Shown: piece after piece, positions 58,877 through 64,000 of the stretch
Position numbering within the stretch: position 1 is the first letter of the stretch
Layout: the number at the start of each line of letters is the position of its first letter
From: an uncultured Verrucomicrobiae bacterium
GTDB taxonomy: Bacteria; Verrucomicrobiota; Verrucomicrobiia; Chthoniobacterales; UBA10450
DNA: 64,000 nt
NCBI GenBank assembly: GCA_963772365.1
Contig: CAVYXA010000001.1
Span: 672,001-736,000, forward strand
Direction: 5' to 3'
Program-made: the position numbers and the translations under genes
Notes under the pieces: generated by a model
The model's database searches: none
What the model was told of the DNA's origin: nothing
The model's input: only the letters and a program-made list of their open reading frames with translations

Positions 58877-59785
58877 ATGAGATCACGCATGCTCGATCAC
58901 CGCGTCCCAGCACAAAGTTCAACTCTTCGCTCAGTAATCTTGTCGCGCAGCACGAGCCGCGCTCCTTTGCTTTGGTTGAATCTTATCTGCCTGGATGCGC
59001 CGCTGGTCGCGTTCGCGTGGCAATGGATGTTTGGATCGACATTTCATTTGCCCGCGGCAATCGGGCATCGCGTAGCGCTCTTTTTGACGACATGGCTCAT
59101 TTATCTGGCAGACCGTTTTGCCGACGCAATTTCACTTCGACCCACTGAACCGAAATCACTGCGGCAACAATTTTGTCTCCGCCATTGGAAAACCTGGATC
59201 GGCTTGGTGCTGTTAGTTGGGGTCTTGGATGGAACGGTGATTTTTCGAGGAGTGAATCGAGAGACGATTTTGGCCGGCGCCGTAGTTGGCGCACTGGCCA
59301 TCGTTTACCTGCTCGTGAACCACGCGCATAGCGGGCTGTGGGAATTTCTGCCGTTGAAGGAGTTCAGCATTGCAGTTTTGTTCGTAGCCGGAACGCTACT
59401 CGGGCTCGTCCCGCATCCGTTTGCCGCAAGATCGACAATTATTCTCGCCGCAATACTTTTCGGCGCTCTCTGCCTCCTGAATTGTTTCAGCATCGCAATT
59501 TGGGAACGTGATCTCGATCGGATTCAGGGCAAGCACTCCATCGCCACGCGCAGGATCCCAGCCGATATTTTTGGGCAGGTCGTCTTTGCAGCGTTACTAA
59601 TCGGTTGTGTGTTCCTGGTAACGCGAGATCAGCAGGCCTGGCCGCTCGCGGCGTCAATCGCAGCGAGCGCACTTTTCTTGAAGGCGCTCCCAGGTGCACA
59701 AGTTTCGCGAGATGAGCGCACTGCCCTGGCTGATCTCGTTTTGTTTACTCCGCTGGTTTTGCTTCTTGCCGAAAGGCTGCTGTGA
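58877..59785 (+). CDS. Multi-TM protein (UbiA-like)
   Basis: LDAPLVA, WLIYLADR..D and WE..LD motifs. Confidence 0.65.
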   Translation: MRSRMLDHRVPAQSSTLRSVILSRSTSRAPLLWLNLICLDAPLVAFAWQWMFGSTFHLPAAIGHRVALFLTTWLIYLADRFADAISLRPTEPKSLRQQFCLRHWKTWIGLVLLVGVLDGTVIFRGVNRETILAGAVVGALAIVYLLVNHAHSGLWEFLPLKEFSIAVLFVAGTLLGLVPHPFAARSTIILAAILFGALCLLNCFSIAIWERDLDRIQGKHSIATRRIPADIFGQVVFAALLIGCVFLVTRDQQAWPLAASIAASALFLKALPGAQVSRDERTALADLVLFTPLVLLLAERLL

Positions 59786-60525
59786 GCTTCGACGGAATCG
59801 CACGGCATTATCGCTGGCTCGAAACCATTGCTTTCGGCCATGCTTTACACCGTGCTCGCACACATTGGATTGACAAAATTAAGCGCCCGAAACGCACGCT
59901 GATCGTCGGCGAAGGGAACGGTCGTTTTCTGTGCGACCTGTTGCATATTCACCCGAGGATCGACATCGATTGCGTCGATTCCAGCGATGGGATGATCCAA
60001 CTCGCCCGAGCGCGCCTCCAGCGAACTTGTCCAGAATCATTCCAGCATGTTCGATTTTTTTGTGAGGACATTTTGAAGTGGTCGCCGTGCGACTCCTACG
60101 ATCTGTTGGTCACGCATTTCTTCCTCGATTGCTTCACATGTCCTCAACTCCGGCGCGTAATCGAGAAGCTCGCACGCGCGGCTGAACCCGGCGCAGCCTG
60201 GCTGATTGCAGATTTCACGATGCCCCGTTCGAGACTCGCACAAATTCACGCCCGTTGTTGGCTCAAAGTTATGTATTCATTTTTCCGGGCGACTACTGGA
60301 ATTACGGCAGGCGATCTTGTCGATCCTTTTCCATTTTTGAGTGCCAATGGTTTTGTACGGTCGGCCAGCAGGCCCTCGCGAACTGGAATGTTGAAGTCCG
60401 ACTTGTTCGTCTCGGCAATCAGCCCGGATAATGGGGCAGATCGAATTGATCGCTCACATACCGTCGCATCAGCCAGTCGGCTACCCATGGAAACGACGCT
60501 GAGCGCAACACTAAGTCGCGAATGA
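59782..60525 (+). CDS. Class I SAM-dependent methyltransferase
   Basis: IVGEGNGRFL, VDSS and THFFLDCF motifs. Confidence 0.88.
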   Translation: MSFDGIARHYRWLETIAFGHALHRARTHWIDKIKRPKRTLIVGEGNGRFLCDLLHIHPRIDIDCVDSSDGMIQLARARLQRTCPESFQHVRFFCEDILKWSPCDSYDLLVTHFFLDCFTCPQLRRVIEKLARAAEPGAAWLIADFTMPRSRLAQIHARCWLKVMYSFFRATTGITAGDLVDPFPFLSANGFVRSASRPSRTGMLKSDLFVSAISPDNGADRIDRSHTVASASRLPMETTLSATLSRE

Positions 60526-61612
60526 AAAGACCAAATTTTGTGCTCGGGGTAAAGGAACTGGCAAAATTTTCGGCGCCCCGTTGTTTTCGTTCAATGAACG
60601 GCCGAAATCGTTCTTCATACGCGCGAAAAGCTTGGGCGTAATTTCCATCGGCCCGGGCGAGCTCGCCCGCCAGAATGTAGGCGCCCGCCATGGCGAAAGC
60701 AGCACCTTCAGCCGCCAGCAACGACGGACAATACGCCGCATCGCCGACCAATACGGTGCGTCCATTCCACCACTGCGGCATATGGATCTGGCTGACTGCA
60801 TCGAAATAAAAGTGTTCGCACGTCTCGAGCCGGCGCAGGATTTCAGGAATCTCTATCCAAGCCTCCTTCGCGAATGTTTCCTTCACAAGGTGTCTGGCCT
60901 GCTTGGACGACAATTGCTCTCCTGATTGTCGGTCCTGCTCAAACACGAAGAGAAAAGCGGTCATATTATCGCGCAGCGCATAGCGGCTGATTTGTCGCCC
61001 CGGCGCGCCATAACTGAAATAAACGAGCTCTTCCCGACGCGGATAGTTGGCCGTCAAGAACGAGGCCGCGTAATAGCCAAGATATTTTTCAAAACGCGTT
61101 CCTGGTCCGAAAACAATCTTCCGCACGATCGAGTGCAAACCGTCGCAACCGGCCACAAGATCAAACCGCCGCGGCGGGGATCGCTCGAACATAACTTCGA
61201 CGCCCGATGAATCTTCCCGCATCGCGGTTACACTATCGTCGAAAATGATCTCCGTATCTCCGGCGACCGAATCGAAGATTGCTTTTGCCAGATCGCCTCT
61301 AGGCAAACTAATAAATCGATCGCCCAGAACTCGAAGAAGAGCAGCGCCACCAAACTCGCTCCGAACGCGATTTCTCTCATCCACGAATTTTATCCGATTG
61401 AAGCTGTAGCCAACTTCGCGCAGTCGCGGCAGAAGATTCATTCGTTCGGCGACGTCAAAGCCGACGGCCCAGAAATCGATCATGTAACCGCCTTTGCGAA
61501 AGTGCGGCGCTCGTTCGACAAGCGTAGGCCTAAAACCGCGACGCGAGAGCCAATAGGCCAAGGTCGGTCCGGCAATACCAGCACCTGAAATCAAAACCGA
61601 ACCGCGTTTCAT
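60419..61612 (-). CDS. FAD-dependent monooxygenase
   Basis: ISGAGIAG, GCDGLHS and LVGDAA motifs. Confidence 0.92.
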   Translation of the reverse strand: MKRGSVLISGAGIAGPTLAYWLSRRGFRPTLVERAPHFRKGGYMIDFWAVGFDVAERMNLLPRLREVGYSFNRIKFVDERNRVRSEFGGAALLRVLGDRFISLPRGDLAKAIFDSVAGDTEIIFDDSVTAMREDSSGVEVMFERSPPRRFDLVAGCDGLHSIVRKIVFGPGTRFEKYLGYYAASFLTANYPRREELVYFSYGAPGRQISRYALRDNMTAFLFVFEQDRQSGEQLSSKQARHLVKETFAKEAWIEIPEILRRLETCEHFYFDAVSQIHMPQWWNGRTVLVGDAAYCPSLLAAEGAAFAMAGAYILAGELARADGNYAQAFRAYEERFRPFIERKQRGAENFASSFTPSTKFGLFIRDLVLRSASFPWVADWLMRRYVSDQFDLPHYPG

Positions 61613-61680
61613 CGTTCATTCACCAGAAAGCGGGTACATTCAAAACGCAACTCGCCTCTTATCTGGTTAACGGAAAGCTA

Positions 61681-61813
61681 AAAGCGACGCGAGGACGCCC
61701 GCGCGCGGCGGGCAGGCTGTGCGCACTCCGAAAGCACTTCGTGCGAAACCTATGCTCCGGGTTGATTTCATTTCGCGCAAGCTTTGGAGTGCGAGGCGTC
61801 CTCGCATCGCTTT
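61681..61813. repeat. MITE/REP-like inverted repeat
   Basis: AAAGCGACGCGAGGACGCC ... GGCGTCCTCGCATCGCTTT with inner CGCACTCC/GGAGTGCG. Confidence 0.8.
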
Positions 61814-61922
61814 CACTGATGTCGCCGCTCCACGGCGTTAAATGTCCTGCTTCGTTTCGAGATCAAACCCTGAACAAACAACATCCTCGCCAGATTCGAT
61901 CTTTTGCCTGTAAGAGGTGCTC

Positions 61923-63350
61923 ATGGCCCAGCAATATGATGCAACCGTAGTTGGATCGGGACCGAATGGCCTGGCGGCCGCGATCACTCTCGCTCGGGCT
62001 GGCCTTTCGGTCGTTGTGCTCGAAGCCAATCCGACCATTGGCGGTGGCGCGCGCTCAGCCGAGCTGACTTTGCCGGGATTTATTCACGATGTCTGTTCGG
62101 CGGTTCATCCGCTCGCCGCCGGGTCGCCATTTTTTCAATCGCTGCCGCTGGATCGATTCGGGCTGGAATGGATTCACCCGGAAATCCCGCTCGCGCATCC
62201 TCTCGATGATGGCACCGCCGCATGTTTGTATCGCGATGTCGATCTTACGGTTGATTGGCTCGGCGAAGCTTCATGGGAAAGATTGTTCGCACCGCTTGCC
62301 CGAAATTGGAACAGACTCGCCGATGAATTTCTTCAGCCGATCCTGCATCTGCCGCGGCATCCGTTTGCGCTCGCCCGGTTCGGCCTCAGTGCGCTCTGGC
62401 CAGTAACCTGGCTGGCGAAAATCTGTTTCCAGCACGAACCCGCTCGCGCTTTGTTCGCCGGAATCGCCGCACATTCTTTTCTGCCGCTGAACGCGCCGAT
62501 CTCATCGGCATTCGGTCTCGTGCTCGGCGCGGCCGGGCACGCGGCTGGCTGGCCCATGCCGCGTGGCGGTTCGCAAATAATCTCGAATGCATTAGCAGAT
62601 CATCTTCGCGAGCTCGGCGGCAGGATCGATATCAATCGTCGTATTCAGAATCTGAATGAGCTGCCGAAAGCTCGCGCGACACTCTTCGACACATCGGTTT
62701 GGGAATTTGCGCGAATCGCTGGTGATCGATTGCCGAGAAATTATCGGAATCGAATCGAACATTTCCGGCATGGGCCCGGCATTTTTAAAATCGATTACGC
62801 ATTGAGTGAGCCGATCCCGTGGAAAGCAGAAGCCTGCAAATGTGCCGGCACAGTTCATCTTGGCGGTGACATGGATGAAATCGAATTTTCCGAACAAGAA
62901 GTGGCCAATGGAAGAGTTCCGGAACATCCGTTCGTTCTTGTCGCTCAACAGAGTTTATTCGACGAAACTCGCGCGCCGGGTCGGAAACATACTTTATGGG
63001 CCTATTGCCATGTTCCATTCGGTTGCAGGATCGACATGTCGGACTCGGTAGAATCGCAAATCGAACGGTTCGCACCCGGTTTTCGCGACTGCATTCTGGC
63101 CCGCCACAAGAGCGACGTTATCGCTTTGGAAAAATCGAATCCGAATCTCATCGGCGGCGACATCAATGGCGGTGCTGCCAATCTTTGGCAAATATTGGCG
63201 AGGCCAATCTTGAGCCCGACACCATATCGAACACCGGTACGCGGCGTTTATCTTTGCTCAGCATCCACTCCGCCCGGCGGCGGCGTGCATGGCATGTGCG
63301 GTTATCACGCTGCGCGAGCGGCTTTGCGTGACATTTTCGGAAAGCATTAG
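61923..63350 (+). CDS. Phytoene-dehydrogenase-like NAD(P)/FAD oxidoreductase
   Basis: VGSGPNGL, HDVCSAVHP and STPPGGGVHGMCG motifs. Confidence 0.92.
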   Translation: MAQQYDATVVGSGPNGLAAAITLARAGLSVVVLEANPTIGGGARSAELTLPGFIHDVCSAVHPLAAGSPFFQSLPLDRFGLEWIHPEIPLAHPLDDGTAACLYRDVDLTVDWLGEASWERLFAPLARNWNRLADEFLQPILHLPRHPFALARFGLSALWPVTWLAKICFQHEPARALFAGIAAHSFLPLNAPISSAFGLVLGAAGHAAGWPMPRGGSQIISNALADHLRELGGRIDINRRIQNLNELPKARATLFDTSVWEFARIAGDRLPRNYRNRIEHFRHGPGIFKIDYALSEPIPWKAEACKCAGTVHLGGDMDEIEFSEQEVANGRVPEHPFVLVAQQSLFDETRAPGRKHTLWAYCHVPFGCRIDMSDSVESQIERFAPGFRDCILARHKSDVIALEKSNPNLIGGDINGGAANLWQILARPILSPTPYRTPVRGVYLCSASTPPGGGVHGMCGYHAARAALRDIFGKH

Positions 63351-64000
63351 CAAATCCGCGGGAGCTGTTCTCCAGAGAGCATGTCCACTACGCGGATCCC
63401 GCCGACACGCGTTTTCATCATCATGAAGCCGGGATGCTCACCCACAACTTCGCCGATGACGGCGGCTTCTTTGCCGAGCGGATGCGATCTCAACGTTTTG
63501 AGAACACCATCAACATCTTTCGCGGCTACAATAGCGAGGAGTTTGCCTTCATTAGCGACATAAAGCGGGTCCAAACCGAGAATCTCGCACGCGCCTTTTA
63601 CTTCTTCGCTAATCGGAATCGCCGCTTCGTCGAGCAGCATGCCGACATTCGCCGTCTGCGCGATTTCGGTCAGCGCGCTAGTCACGCCGCCGCGGGTCGG
63701 ATCGCGCAAGACATGGATGTCGATCTTCGCCTCGAGCACTGACTGGACAAGCTGATGGAGCGGCGCGGTGTCGCTGGCAATCCCGGTTTAAAATTCCAAT
63801 CCTTCGCGGACCGATATCACTGCGATCCCATGAACGGCGATTGCGCCGCTGATAATAATCTTGTCACCGATCTGCGCTCGGGCCGGATGAATATTCACGC
63901 CGTCGGGGACGACTCCAATTCCGGAAGTGTTAATGAAAATTTTGTCGGCCTTGCCGCGATCCACGACTTTCGTGTCGCCGGTAACCAGTTTGACTCCGGC
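63347..64000 (-). pseudogene. hypE: Hydrogenase maturation protein HypE (partial at the window edge; in-frame TAA at 63790-63788)
   Basis: VTGDTKVV, INTSGIG, RDPTRGG, ANEGK and the terminal GEQLPRIC. Confidence 0.9.

Noticed and set aside
63788..63790. Stop-codon recoding in hypE
   Set aside because: The codon is TAA, which terminates many other genes here, and no recoding signal is seen

Overview
This is a moderately GC-rich bacterial chromosome segment. The rpoZ type, repeat families and gene content suggest a soil Verrucomicrobiota (Chthoniobacterales-like) genome; this is inference and was not verified. The left part has accC-thiE-pfkB, stand-alone receiver proteins, rpoZ, stress genes and exported hypotheticals. 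The right part has a TPP-riboswitch-controlled thiC, a general-stress/oxidoreductase cluster and a partial hypE with an in-frame stop. The most striking region is the ~17 kb downstream of thiC (about 27180-44515). There, the functional thiC is followed by two further, sequence-divergent thiC 3' tails, and each tail heads its own toxin-antitoxin/restriction cargo behind a shared junction motif. Next comes a 7.7 kb block bracketed by a perfect 25-bp inverted repeat linked to a Y1/RAYT transposase remnant. In that block, 5'-truncated housekeeping genes (a thiolase and an aminotransferase) begin right at the repeats and flank an Avs-like nuclease-STAND gene and a HEPN-like gene. The recurring grammar [end motif][housekeeping-gene 3' tail][defence cargo], with no integrase in the window, is the candidate undescribed system. 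A second theme is a set of 14-81 bp miniature elements inserted inside coding sequences: in frame in thiC and a GNAT gene, and frame-breaking in a zeta-like toxin. All annotations were made by eye from motifs; no database searches were run.
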